Positions 1-12,749 of a DNA stretch of 64,000 nt are shown here, piece after piece. The DNA is from Octopus vulgaris (lineage: Eukaryota). Position numbers and translations under genes: made by a program. Location: contig OX597814.1 in the NCBI GenBank assembly GCA_951406725.2, positions 98,952,001 to 99,016,000 of the forward strand, in the 5' to 3' direction. The notes below the pieces were generated by a model. It was given only the letters and a program-made list of their open reading frames with translations, was not told where the DNA came from and did no database searches. Within the stretch, counting starts at the first letter, position 1, and each line of letters begins with the position of its first letter.

Positions 1-87
1 ACTTGATCGAAGGGTGAAGTTTATCAGAAGCAAAATGGATAATAATGAAGCACATGAACTTTCTTTGGAAGCATTTGGTACTGATGA

Positions 88-117
88 CCCTAACCCTAAT
101 CCTAACCCTAACCCTAA
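88..117. repeat. Short interstitial telomere-like (CCCTAA)5 tract
   Basis: ccctaa ccctaa tcctaa ccctaa ccctaa read directly. Confidence 0.8.
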
Positions 118-625
118 TAGGCGCTTGAAAAGCAGCTATTTCTATATGAAGACGACTGCAAGTGTCGGAGAATATGAATAACACAATTCCCCTTTAGTTT
201 TTGCTATAGTGTAAGATGCTTAATAATATGATGAAAAACAGGCATCGTAAAAGACATAAATGGATTACTAATCAATAAATCAATAAAAGACCAATCAGTC
301 AATTTATATGTGTACTGTATATATGTATGTGTGTGCACGCACTTGTGTGTACATGTACATAGATTTATAATTACATAGTAGTTTAAGATGTATGACATAA
401 GTATTTAGATCTCCATGTTTCGTTGTCTATATCGAAAAAGAAAGATATGAATATAACTCGTGTTGTCCATCTTAGGCGAATTTCAGTAATGATAATGAGT
501 GGATAATGCAGCTGATTCAGTGAAGACCTCAGAAACCTATCCAACCCACATTGCTTACTCCGGACAATATTTTTACAAAAACTTGTGTAGTAATGCATGC
601 ATATATGATACATACATATATATAT

Positions 626-695
<70 letters not shown>

Positions 696-923
696 GCACA
701 CACGCACGCACGCCCACGTGCACACGCGCAAACACACGCACGCACGCCCACGTGCACACGCGTAAACACACGCATGCACATACAAACACATAGATACATG
801 CATACATCAATACAAACACACATAGATACATACATACATACACATACATACATACACATACATACATACACATACATTTATACATGTGTGTGTGTCACTC
901 TCTCTCTATATATTATATATGTG

Positions 924-962
<39 letters not shown>

Positions 963-1550
963 ATATGTATGTATATATATGTATATATCAGAGGGATCAT
1001 GTTGATCTCTAGATCTCATCTGTGCACTATATATATATATATATATATACACACACATATATATATATATGTATTTATGTATACACATACATAATATATA
1101 TACATATCATACAAGTTTGTGTGAGTGCGCGCGGGTGTGTATGCGCAACATAAGCAGTATAAGTTTAAAACAGCAATCTGTCTATCATTCTTAGTGCAGA
1201 TACATCACAAACAACTACATTAAAGACAGTATTCGTCCTGAGATAACAGTTCTGATAGACGCATAGTGTTAGATCACACAATAACATATACAGTATATAT
1301 ATATATCAATAACAGACAAAAATCAGCAATCAGGTGTGACGGTGTTGCTCGATACATATTTCTGCCTTACTTTGTCAGCATCATGTAATACACTGGCAAC
1401 TGCATGCTAAGACGAAATCCGCTGTCACTGATATAGGAAAACAGTGACTGAAAAATAACCAGCTCAAAGAGGCAAAAATGGGTATCTGGAAATACCACTA
1501 TCGCTGTCGGACGATTATATTTATATATATATAAATATAAATATGAATAT

Positions 1551-1629
<79 letters not shown>

Positions 1630-1769
1630 TTGTGTGTGTGTGTGTAGTATTCTTTTATTCTTTTACGCGTTTCAGTCGTTTTGGTTGCGGCCATACTGGA
1701 GCACTACCTTAAGAGTTTTTTTTTTAGTCGAAGAATTCGACCTCTAGACTTACTCTGTTGGCTTAGTAA

Positions 1770-2089
1770 ACGATAAACGTCTCCCTTTTCAAGCCTAGCC
1801 AGGCTCATGGGCCTGGTTTCCCGGTTTCTGTGGCGTATGTGTTCCCCACCAGCTGGATAGGACACCAGTCCATCGCAGCCTTACTTAAGAAACAGGAAGA
1901 GAGAGTGAAAGAAAGTTGTGGCGAAAGAGTACAACAGGGACCGCCACCCCACCCCACCCCTGCCGGAACCTCATGGTGCTTTTAGGTGTTTTCGCTAAAT
2001 AAACACACACAACGCCCGGTCTCGGAATCGAAACCGCGATCCTCCGACCGCGAGTCCGCTGCCCTAACCACTGGGTCATTGCACCTCCA
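1770..2089 (-). mobile_element. tRNA-Arg-like SINE (family A, OR-type) nested in a family B SINE
   Basis: Sense head GGAGGTGCAATGACCCAGTGGTTAGGGCAGCGGACTCGCGGTCGGAGGATCGCGGTTTCGATTCC has A/B boxes and a TCG anticodon-like triplet. 15 bp TSD ctgttggc(t/c)tagtaa at 1755-1769 and 2090-2104. Homologous to 31641-31957. Confidence 0.9.
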
Positions 2090-2226
2090 CTGTTGGCCTA
2101 GTAATTATTCTACTTTCTTTTTTGCCAAACCGCTAAGTTATGGGGCCATAAACACATCAGCATCAGTTGTCAAAAGATACAAAGACACATACACTTAAAT
2201 ACATATACATACATACATAGGTACGA

Positions 2227-2257
<31 letters not shown>

Positions 2258-2258
2258 G

Positions 2259-2296
<38 letters not shown>

Positions 2297-2297
<1 letters not shown>

Positions 2298-2605
2298 GGT
2301 AAACAGTAAAAATAATTACAGACATGGACAAGAACATGAAACGCCACAGAGACGACACAAGAACCACAGGACGGGACATTCGAAGCCCTCAGTCATCAGT
2401 CAAGAACCAGATCATCTTAGCAATTTCGGTTGATTAATCTTGAGATTGCTCCGATATGGGCAGCCCGCCACGGGAAATCTAAGCCAAGTGCATTAGATCC
2501 CCTGGAAGAAAGCTTCGAATGTATACAACACGAGGACGGAAAACGAACGAAGTGCACGAACAAAAATACAGAATACGTGACAACAATAAGAATACACAAA
2601 CGTAA
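2297..2605. mobile_element. Unclassified structured repeat inserted in (TA)n, possibly a Penelope terminal-repeat fragment
   Basis: Bounded by TA runs. An 11 bp inverted repeat acattcgaagc / gcttcgaatgt encloses a hairpin agcaatttcgg...ttgagattgct. Confidence 0.4.
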
Positions 2606-3135
2606 TATATATATGTGCGAAGGGTTTCTTTCAGTTTCCGTCTCGCAACTCCACTGACAAGGCTTCTTTCATTTTCCGTTCACCATATCCAGTTACAAGG
2701 GTTTGGACAGCCCGAGGCTATAACAGAAGACACTTGCTCGTGGGACCATTTGGAACCATTTGTCTGGAGAGCAAGCTCTTACCACACAGCCACGCCTGAT
2801 ATGAATACATTTGTAATCTAAACACACAAGTAACAAAAGAAAAAAATAACTCTTTTAAAAGAAGTTAGTTACTCGCTTTATATCTCCATTTTGAAAATCA
2901 TATAGCGTCGAAAATTAAATACAAAAATGTATTATATAAAAATTATTTACTGCACACCATTCTGGCGTATTACGAAGTGAAAGCAGTTCGGCTTTGTACT
3001 CAGTTGAACCTTTATATTCAAAGTACATACACCCTATCATCTCATACATTCAACATTCAATATTACGCTATTGTGAGCACATTGTTTATACTCCGGTATG
3101 TGTGCATATAATTGTGTATCATGATCGCCGCCCAC

Positions 3136-3205
<70 letters not shown>

Positions 3206-3207
3206 TT

Positions 3208-3263
<56 letters not shown>

Positions 3264-3404
3264 AGCACACATAAACAAAGAAACGCACACTTATACATGC
3301 TGGAATTGTTGCTTGCCGAAACACATGTATAAATAAATCTATATAGATATATGCTTGTGTATAAGCACATATTTTGGCACATATATATAAATGAAAGATA
3401 AAAG

Positions 3405-3448
<44 letters not shown>

Positions 3449-4009
3449 TTACCCCTAACTTATCGCTTTACACCTCTATATATGTTTATTTACTTACCTA
3501 TGGATCCACTTTTTGACTATACGAGCGCCCGCGTACGTGTGTATACGCATACATACATATGCACGCGCATATATGTACATGCATACTTCGATATCTTATA
3601 GCTATACCCATGTGCGCGTGTGTCTCTGTGTGTGTATATGAGTGTATATGTGCACGCACATACGGACACACAGCCGTGTGTGCGTGCACGTATAGACATG
3701 AGTACGTGATTTTTTACATACGTTCTTATATACATCCTCTAATATCTTATATCTAGACCTAGAGGCGTGGGCATATACGTGTGTGTATGTAGGGATGGGC
3801 ACGCGTATGTACATGTGAGTGTGTACGCGTATAGTTTCCGTGTATACATGCGGATATTCTGTTGTATGTATGTATGTGTACGCGCGTGCGTGTGGGTGCG
3901 TGTGTGTTTATGTACATGTTTACACGCGAGTGCATGTGTATGCTTATAGGCTTGGAGACGTATATGTACGCGTGTATGTGGGTGTATGTATCCATGATGA
4001 TATGTATGT

Positions 4010-4720
4010 ACTAGAAGCCCATTTAATTCAAGGAACCAGATTAAATGCTCATCAGCTCTGATTTACAACACATTAGGTCCCCAGACGAAACTGTTGATTT
4101 ACTGACTATTCTACAACTAAATTTTATCAATCTCCTGACCACCATGCTTGGTCCGTAACCTCTATACATCCCTTATCTTTACATTCTTTTATCATGTTTT
4201 ATTTTTACTTTACATTTATTTATATTTCTTTATATTCTTTATACCCCCTTTACATCTCCTTATAACTCATTATATCTTTATGCTCTACATTTTTATATTT
4301 TTCTATACTTACACTTTTTATACATTTTTTATCCCTCGTCCCGAATTCTCGCCCCTCCATCTTCACCTCTATATATGTATTTATTTATTTACATTACCTC
4401 AACATCCAATTTTCCTCATTCTACATTGAGAGAAGAGAGAGATGGACGCTTCAATTCTATGCTGCTGCCGCATTATGTCGTACGCGAATGAGAGGATTTG
4501 CATCCCCAACCAAGAATTTTTGATGTAACACATGTCCTTGTGGAAGCTGTTGTGCGCGGCTGAAGAAGGCCACAGACATACATTATGCATTGTTATAAAT
4601 CTGTCTAATAAAGGCCCGAAACATATGTACCGCTGAATCCTTCGCATCATGTTTTTATTTTATTTTGATCAATTTACTCCACCACCTACGCCACCAAACG
4701 GTATACACAGGTGCTTATAA
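4010..4720 (+). mobile_element. Penelope-like element 3' end / pseudo-LTR fragment
   Basis: Possible ORF end LEAHLIQGTRLN (like the LEA..I....P.LN motif ending GIY-YIG domains), a T-rich 3' UTR, then a minimal hammerhead at 4556-4633. Flanked by microsatellites. Confidence 0.6.
4556..4633 (+). ncRNA. Minimal type I hammerhead ribozyme with canonical core
   Basis: gcgg-CTGAAGA-a-ggcc[acaga...tctgt]ggcc-c-GAAA-catatg-TA-ccgc. Stem I gcgg/ccgc, stem II ggcc/ggcc, palindromic stem III ACATATGT. Predicted cut after GUA at 4629. Confidence 0.85.
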
Positions 4721-4738
4721 TTATCAAGTACTCACCCC

Positions 4739-4809
<71 letters not shown>

Positions 4810-4810
<1 letters not shown>

Positions 4811-5085
4811 TTTATTCTTTTATATGCTTCAGTCATTTGACTGCGGCCATGCCGGAGCACTGCCTTTAGTCGAACAAATCCTAGGACTTATACTTTGTAA
4901 GTCTAGTACTTATTTTATCGGTCTCTTTTGCCGAACCGCTAGTTTACAGGGACGTAAACACGCCAGCATCGGTTGTCAAGCGATGGTGGGGTTGACAAAC
5001 ACAGACACACAAAACACACACACACACACACACACACACGTACACGCACACACACACACATATATATGCGACAAGTTTCTTTCAG
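4810..5085 (-). mobile_element. Family B SINE, 3' half
   Basis: cagtcatttgactgcggccatgccggagcac...ccgaaccgctagtttacagggacgtaaacac...ggttgtcaagcgatgg, as in the other copies. Confidence 0.85.
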
Positions 5086-5473
5086 TTAATAAAAGAATAT
5101 TATATATATATATTTACATATATATATATATATATTAATATATATATTAATATATATATATATATTAATATATAAGTATATATTAATATACATACATGTT
5201 CCACTTCTATGTTTTTATATAATTTAATATGAGTGGTTATATATATATATGTATAAAAATATACACACATACGTACTTACAGACATTCGTACTTACATAT
5301 ATGTAAACGTAAATACATACATACATAGTTACATGCATGCATAGGCACACACACACATATTTACACATGCATATATATTTGTATAAGAATATGTGTATAT
5401 ATGTGCTATCGAATGTATGCTTACAATAAAAAAATTTCGAAAACTGCTCACATCGATATATATATACATATAC

Positions 5474-5516
<43 letters not shown>

Positions 5517-5634
5517 TATATGTATGTATAGACATATATATATATATATATGTTTGTATATGTGTGTGTATATACACATATGCGTGTACGTATGTCTGTA
5601 TTTATGTGTTCGGTCATGTATGAGCGTACACACG

Positions 5635-5711
<77 letters not shown>

Positions 5712-6189
5712 ACTCTCTCTCTCACGCATTCACACGCACGCACGTGTATATCTGAAGCATAGGGAATGACTACGCCAAAATATGCATCGGCCATTTTATT
5801 TTTTCACTGCTTGCAAGAAAATTATGTAATAGGGAAACACAATGATGTTAAGGTAAGATCTTTGTGGTTTATACTCTACAAATACATTACAATGACACTG
5901 TAATCAATACAATACGCAAACATAAGCGTAATACACATATATGAGACTGAGAAATCCAGCATATAGAATTCTAACTTTGTTTGTTATACTTTATGACCAG
6001 ACATTGTTGCAATTTTTTATTATCATATTTTCTTGCGTTGTTGAATTTTCTGTATCACTTGGTGTACCAAATAATGTTGATTTTATGATTCAAACGCGGG
6101 AGATTTCTTTGTTTTTCATATATATATATGCGTGTGTGTGTGTATATATTATGCATGTATATATATATATATATATATATATATTATGC

Positions 6190-6229
<40 letters not shown>

Positions 6230-6245
6230 CATGTATATACTTATG

Positions 6246-6294
<49 letters not shown>

Positions 6295-6438
6295 TCACAT
6301 ACACGCGCACACGCACAAACACACGTATATGTATGTATGTGTATATATTTGTTCTGCAAGTCTTTGATTGTTCTAATGTTGTTGCAGCTATATACCCGCA
6401 TGCATACATATGTGCATCTCTCTTTCTCTATCTCTCGC

Positions 6439-6471
<33 letters not shown>

Positions 6472-6859
6472 ATGTGTGTGTGTGTGTGTTTATGAAGCGG
6501 TTATTTTAGCGTAAACAATACGTGAGTGTACATCATAACCCAATACTTGTTATTGACTAACTCATAAAATCTCATAAAATATACAGCAGCTCTTTACATA
6601 AAGAACTCGAGAAATCGACAATCGACAGAATGTGAAATATTTCAAACAATAACAAGAGAAACTGAAAGAGAAGCACTTAAACAATAGAAATGATGACGAT
6701 GTAGTTGATGATGATGCTGATGCTGATGCTGATGATAATGATGATGATGATGATGCATCAATAATAATAATAATGATAATGATAATAATAGTTAGTATTA
6801 GTTAGTATTAGCTGTTAGAGTAGTTAGGAGTAACTGTAGCAGAACTTGCACTACACTCT

Positions 6860-7066
6860 TATTGACAGAAAAGTCAGAGTAGCGAGCCTCAAAATGGCTT
6901 ATGATATATCTTTTTACTGGCTTTGAGTTCAAAACCCTGGCGAGGTCATCTTTGATTCTCATTGTTTCGGGATCGATTACATATATTAACTATAAGTATT
7001 AACGTTGGTATAATCGACTAACTCCTAATCCCCACAAAGTTTTAAGCCTTCTACTGACATTAGAAA
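6860..7066 (+). mobile_element. Degenerate family C SINE
   Basis: gagttcaaaaccctggcgaggtcatctttgattctcattgtttcgggatcgat...taagtatt matches the family C body. Confidence 0.6.
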
Positions 7067-7370
<304 letters not shown>

Positions 7371-7429
7371 TTTTTGTTGTTTTTCTCTTCTTCATGTTAA
7401 CAATCAAACATTAACAAAAGACTGAAAGA

Positions 7430-8400
7430 AAGTTTGTTTTATGGTTTGACAATCTTTCACAAGATAAGAGCTGGTCCTAAGACGGCAGATTTTAGAGAGC
7501 CCCCATATCTGCCTTGATGTGCAATTGCTCTCAGTCGAGTGGAAGTTTGTTTTTTTTTAAATTTTAATTTGAACTTAATGCCCCGATGATAACTGGTACA
7601 ACTCTCGCTTTTGCTACAGAACATCCTCATCTTGTTGATATATTAAAATATCAGCATTTTTTGAAATCTTTTCCACTTCCTTGTTTGCAATCGTTTATCT
7701 AAAGCAATTTCATTGTCTGTTACGAGGCATTCCCATTTTCTATGTCATGTATAATGATTTCCAGTCATTTCCCTAGTTCCCCCTGTTTGAGATTACAAGT
7801 ATTAGCTTCCTAATACATGATTGTACCGCTTGTGGTGTAAATTGAGAGGAAACATCTAATGACGTCATTTGTATTCTCTGAAAACATTTTGCAATCTACT
7901 AAAATGTACTGAATATTATTCGCTTTTTCGCTGAAGCGGTAGAACAAATACCCTTGATCACTGAACTAATGCTTAGAGCTTGATCTTGAGTAGCCACCGA
8001 CAACTTCCCAGTTTTCCTTTACGTCATCATCCCAGAGCCCTTCCCACTATATGTTCAGTTTCACAATCTCAGTGTTTCTGTGACATTGTCCATCTAACTG
8101 CCTTTATTCATGCTCTTCCTTTTTTTCATAAATTATAATACTTTGATATGTTTTCTTCTATTCAAGCCCAATAAGTATGTTCTAAATCTATTACAGCATG
8201 TTCAAGTGGTTCTTCACTCTCTGTAAGATAATGGTTTGCTAACACTTGTTTTTCATTCGTACGATCAGAAACAATCCCTTGTTTTTCCAGTTTGGGAGCA
8301 GTTTTCTACAAACACTTCTACCGTCTTCATTCCTAGATCTCCATCAACATGCCCAGTAAAACTAAATAATCTTCTTTCTCTGATTATTACATACCTTTCT
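7430..8400 (-). mobile_element. Highly decayed R4/Dong-like (RLE) LINE 3' fragment
   Basis: Minus-strand remnants VATQDQAL (compare AAQDQAL in the copies at 51.6k and 55.1k) and VPVIIGALSS (compare IPIIVGALG), with many stops and frameshifts. Confidence 0.6.
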
Positions 8401-8584
8401 TCGGGTATTTGTTGAATGATGGCTTAGGGCTTTAGTACAGCACACCTGCCGGATCTGACAGTTTCATTTGAGGTTCCTCTCACGTTTACGTCATTAGTTG
8501 TCTGGTTATTGTTAAACAATTCATTCACTGGTATTAGTTGCGATAACTAACACTACCACTAGTGTATTTATCTACATACCATCT

Positions 8585-8656
<72 letters not shown>

Positions 8657-8658
<2 letters not shown>

Positions 8659-9278
8659 TTAAATATTTGTTACAAGGCCAGTAATTTCGAGGGAGGGATA
8701 CGTCGTTTAGATCAGCTCCAGTGTTCAACTCATACTTATTTTATCAACTTGTAAAGGACGAAGGGGCAAAGTCATCCTCGGCGGAATTTGAACTCAGAGT
8801 GTGAAGAGCCGAATGAAATGATGTTGAGCTTTTTTTTTCTCTTTGTCCCGCACGCTGACGATTCATATTTCTTTATTACCCACAAGGGGCTAAACACAGA
8901 GGGAACAAACAAGAACAGACAAAGAGATTAAGTCGATTACATCGACCCCAGTGCATAACTGGTACTTAATTTATCGACCCCGAAAGGACGAAAGGCAAAG
9001 TCGACCTCGGCGGAATTTGAACTCAGAACGTAACGGAAGACGAAATACCTATTTCTTTACTACCTACCAGGGGCTAAGCACAGAGGAGACAAACAAGGAC
9101 AGACAAACGGATTAAGTCGATTACATCAACCCCAGTGCGTAACTGGTACTTAATTTATCGACCCCTAAAGGATGAAAGGCAAAGTCAACCTCGGCGGAAT
9201 TTGAACTCAGAACGCAGCGGCGGACGAAATACCGCAAAGCATTTCGCCCGGCGTGCTAACGTTTCTGCCAGCTCGCCG
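8657..9278 (-). mobile_element. Three tandem family C SINE units (8657-8865, 8866-9049, 9050-9278)
   Basis: Sense head GGCGAGCTGGCAGAAACGTTAGCACGCCGGGCG, B box GAGTTCAAATTCC, body ACTTTGCCTTTCATCCTTT.GGGGTCGATAAATTAAGTACCAG. Tail CCCCTTGTGGGTAATAAAGAAATA in the middle unit. Confidence 0.9.
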
Positions 9279-10611
9279 GCTTCTGTATTACTTATGATAA
9301 AACGTTAGTTTGGTTAATGCGTACATATATACATGCATACAAGCATTCGTGCTTAAAACGGCGAATTGGCAGACCGTTACTGTGTCGCACAGATTGTTAT
9401 GCAAAATACTTTCTCAGTTCAACTAACGGTGGGATCAACTTTGCATTTCATAATTTCAGGGTTAAATAGAGAACCAGCCCTGTCCTGGGATCGATTCTTC
9501 TCTTGCTGCCTGCATGTTTGCCTCTCCTTCTAGAAGACATCGAATGTTGTCAAATCTGTAGTGAGATGGGTTCCTGCAGATTTCCAAAAATAACTAAGAC
9601 ATATGCTATGATTTCGAGGCTAGACTCCACCAAGAGTTGAGGACCTAAAGCAGTACATACATACATAATCACACGCTTGCACATACTATTTATGCTATGT
9701 GGCGCAATATTAAATGAATGTGCGGTGGAAATATACGTGTGTGTGTTTCTTAGTATGTGTAGGCCTGTGTTTGTATGAGTTTGCATTTTAGTATAGATTT
9801 TCAATTAGAAAAATAACCCTTTTAGAGATATTGGTAATGGTAAGAGAAAAGAAAGAAAAGAAACCAAAAGTCAGTAACAACATATTCCCTAAATGTCAGC
9901 TTCGATAATCGATACAGAAAATGTATTTCACAATTGCGAACGAAATCTAGATATGATCGCTATAAATCAAGAATTATATATATAAAAAAGTAACTTTTTA
10001 GGGTAACGCAATTGAAAATTCTCCACGAATTATATATGATACAAAACAAAAGAGAATATGTTTAGCATATAGCAATCAAATGTTTAACATTCTCCAGAAT
10101 CTTAAAGTAATAAACGAACTACGTGTTGCAACATCAGATTTTTCGATAGGGGAAAAATTATTTGACTAGTCCTAACATGATCAAAAAATGTTTAATAAAA
10201 AATATGATATAGTCCTCTAAGAATTTCAAAAGTCGGTTTCATGTAAAGTATATTATTTTTATTAGTTTGTCTATAAATGTTATGGCTGTGGGGGGTCAAG
10301 AAATATGCTCTGAAACCATGAATCGTTCATTCACTTAGTAGTATATCGATGTAAATAATGAAATACTTAAATCTTGCTATGAGCTGTTTTTAGCTGTTTG
10401 CAACTTTCCTTCATTTCTGTTGGTTCGTAATCGGCTACTACGGGTTTATATTATGACATCTTTGTCATAACTAGCTTAATATTCTTGTCTTTGTTTTGGT
10501 CTCGGTTCAAAATTTAGCAATTTCTTCGAGCGTATACTGATTTCTTATATTTGGGCTATTATTTGTACTTTTGAATGGTAGATTTGTATTGGCAGTATAT
10601 TTCTTATGAAA

Positions 10612-10735
10612 GCTTGTGGTCTAGTACTTTGGGTAGTCGGCTCATGATCGCAAGGTCGTGAGTTCGACTGCCGGCAGCACCTTGTTTCTTTGGGCAACTT
10701 GAACCCTGGTAGTCGTAACCGACGGAGCGCTAGTA
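10612..10735 (+). mobile_element. tRNA-like SINE head fragment
   Basis: A box gtggtctagt and B box gagttcgactgcc, followed by CORE-like tttctttgggcaa. Confidence 0.55.
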
Positions 10736-11228
10736 ATTTTTATATTTCTTCTCAATGAGCTTTGCTGGTGTAGTTGTTTTGAAATACATAGGATATTTCC
10801 CATCGCAGTAACACTTCATGTTGTTTATGTACGGCTCAAAGGATCTTCTCGAGCCTTGGTACAAGCCTTGGTTCAATTCAAAATTCTAGTTCAATTTCTC
10901 ATGACATTTCCGCGATCGACGATAGCTAACACCGTCTTGCTATGATTTATGTGGTATTGGATCTATAATTTATGAGTTTAATTTTGCATTGGGATTATTG
11001 TTACGAACTTTTCCCAACATATACTTCTCTGCATTTAAATAAAGAAGAAAAGCCAGTCCTTTTCACTACACTTTTTTTTATATTAATGCTAAAAGCTCAG
11101 CCAAAAGGATGACTAGTTTTATATACCGTTATGTTTGGTTTCAGTGCCATGTTTTTTTCTATGTATGTATGTATGTATGTATGTATGTATGTATGTATGT
11201 ATGTATGTATGTATGTATGTATGTATGT

Positions 11229-11593
11229 CATTATCCAGTTTTATTTCAAGATTTCTTGCCAATACAGAAAGAACCAGTTTCTAACCTAGATCCAAAGTTC
11301 CTTCATTGGAATTTCAGCAACATCAACAGGGTATTTTTGTATGTAACTATATATATGTATATGTGCAGATTTGTACGTTTTGTTTAAAGTATGTATTCTC
11401 AAGTATATACTTGCATATCTAGACATGCTCATATATACTTAATTGAAAACTTCTGGAAAGTTTTAGAGATTTTCACAGTTCCAGTGATGGATTGGACATG
11501 TAGTATTCGAATCAGCTTTTTTCATTCTGGTTTTAAGAAGCCTAATTTTTCAAGATTGGTATTTAGGCAGTGTGTTACATATCCCAGTGCTCC

Positions 11594-11594
<1 letters not shown>
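11229..11594 (-). mobile_element. 5'-truncated RLE (R4-clade-like) LINE tail inserted in (CATA)n
   Basis: Minus frame GALGYVTHCLNTNLEKLGFLKPE*KKLIRILHVQSITGTVKISKTFQKF resembles the RLE C-terminus of the Dong-like copies (GALG...LQK..L.GT..I.R). Pure (TATG)n lies on both sides (11160-11228, 11595-11670). Confidence 0.7.
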
Positions 11595-11624
<30 letters not shown>

Positions 11625-12557
11625 TGTATGTATGTATGTATGTATGTATGTATGTATGTATGTATGTATGCATGTGTACATACGCATACACACATATATA
11701 CGAATGTATAATATGTATGGACGTGTGTATCAGTCTGTGGATCAGCGTGTTTATATGTGTACACACTCAAAATTATATAAATATATACAGAAAGGGATGA
11801 ACAAACATAGTCAAGTGTAAGTATATATTTTTATAGACACATGTCGACACATAGACGCCCATCTATGGGTTTGTGTATGTTGCTGCGTGCGTATATGTGC
11901 GTGTCATGTCTCAGACATATACGGCACAATACATATATATATATGTGTGTGTCGTTGCACGCATAGGGTTTTCCTAATGTGGTGTATTTCCTGAGCCCAA
12001 AACATGTCATCATATACAACATACTTCCTTTATTAGTTATCCAAAAACCAAGCAACTAAGTGTGATGTCATCTAACGGCATCTCATCAGTTTCAGATGAG
12101 ATCATAAGCTATATCCGTCTCTGTGTTTTCAATAATGTTATTAAGTTGAAAAATGACATGGGAATATATGTATTTTCGAATCATATATATCATTGTTTGT
12201 ATATGTTTAGTGTCTGATTAACCTAACGCTCTGATTTCACCATGGTGTTTTTGTTTTTCTAACATTCGCATGAGATATCATCTTTTTCCTTGTCCGACTG
12301 ATTAGAAGAGAAGTTTATTATTTTCTCTTTTCCAGAAAGAAGCTATCATCGTGAAGAAGTATATCAGCCTAGTTTGATTTAACTGCCCCGATGCAATGAA
12401 ATGAGTTGCAATATGCCTTGTGTTTAAGAAGTTCGTTTTGCAACCGAGCTCTTGTAAGTTCGATCTCGCTGCACAGCACATTGAAGTGACAAATAACTGG
12501 TAAGGGAAATTTTGTTGATAGCAACAAAATTGTATGTATAACAGTATCATAGTACAG

Positions 12558-12604
<47 letters not shown>

Positions 12605-12681
12605 TCTGTATGTATGTATGTATGTGCGTGCATGTTTATCTATGTATATATGTATTTACATATATGTACGTATATGTATGT

Positions 12682-12749
<68 letters not shown>

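Larger units (their letters stand above)
1650..2800 (-). mobile_element. CORE-type tRNA-derived SINE (family B), split by a nested SINE, microsatellites and a structured insert
   Basis: 3' part (tcttttacgcgtttcagtc...gcggccatactggagcac...ccgctaagttatgggg) lies at 1650-2200 and the head (cttaccacacagccacgcct) at 2612-2800. Both match the intact + strand copy at 37452-37872. Confidence 0.8.

Noticed and set aside
88-117. Telomeric repeat as a chromosome end or fusion site
   Set aside because: Only five units, embedded in ordinary sequence, with no head-to-head arrangement.
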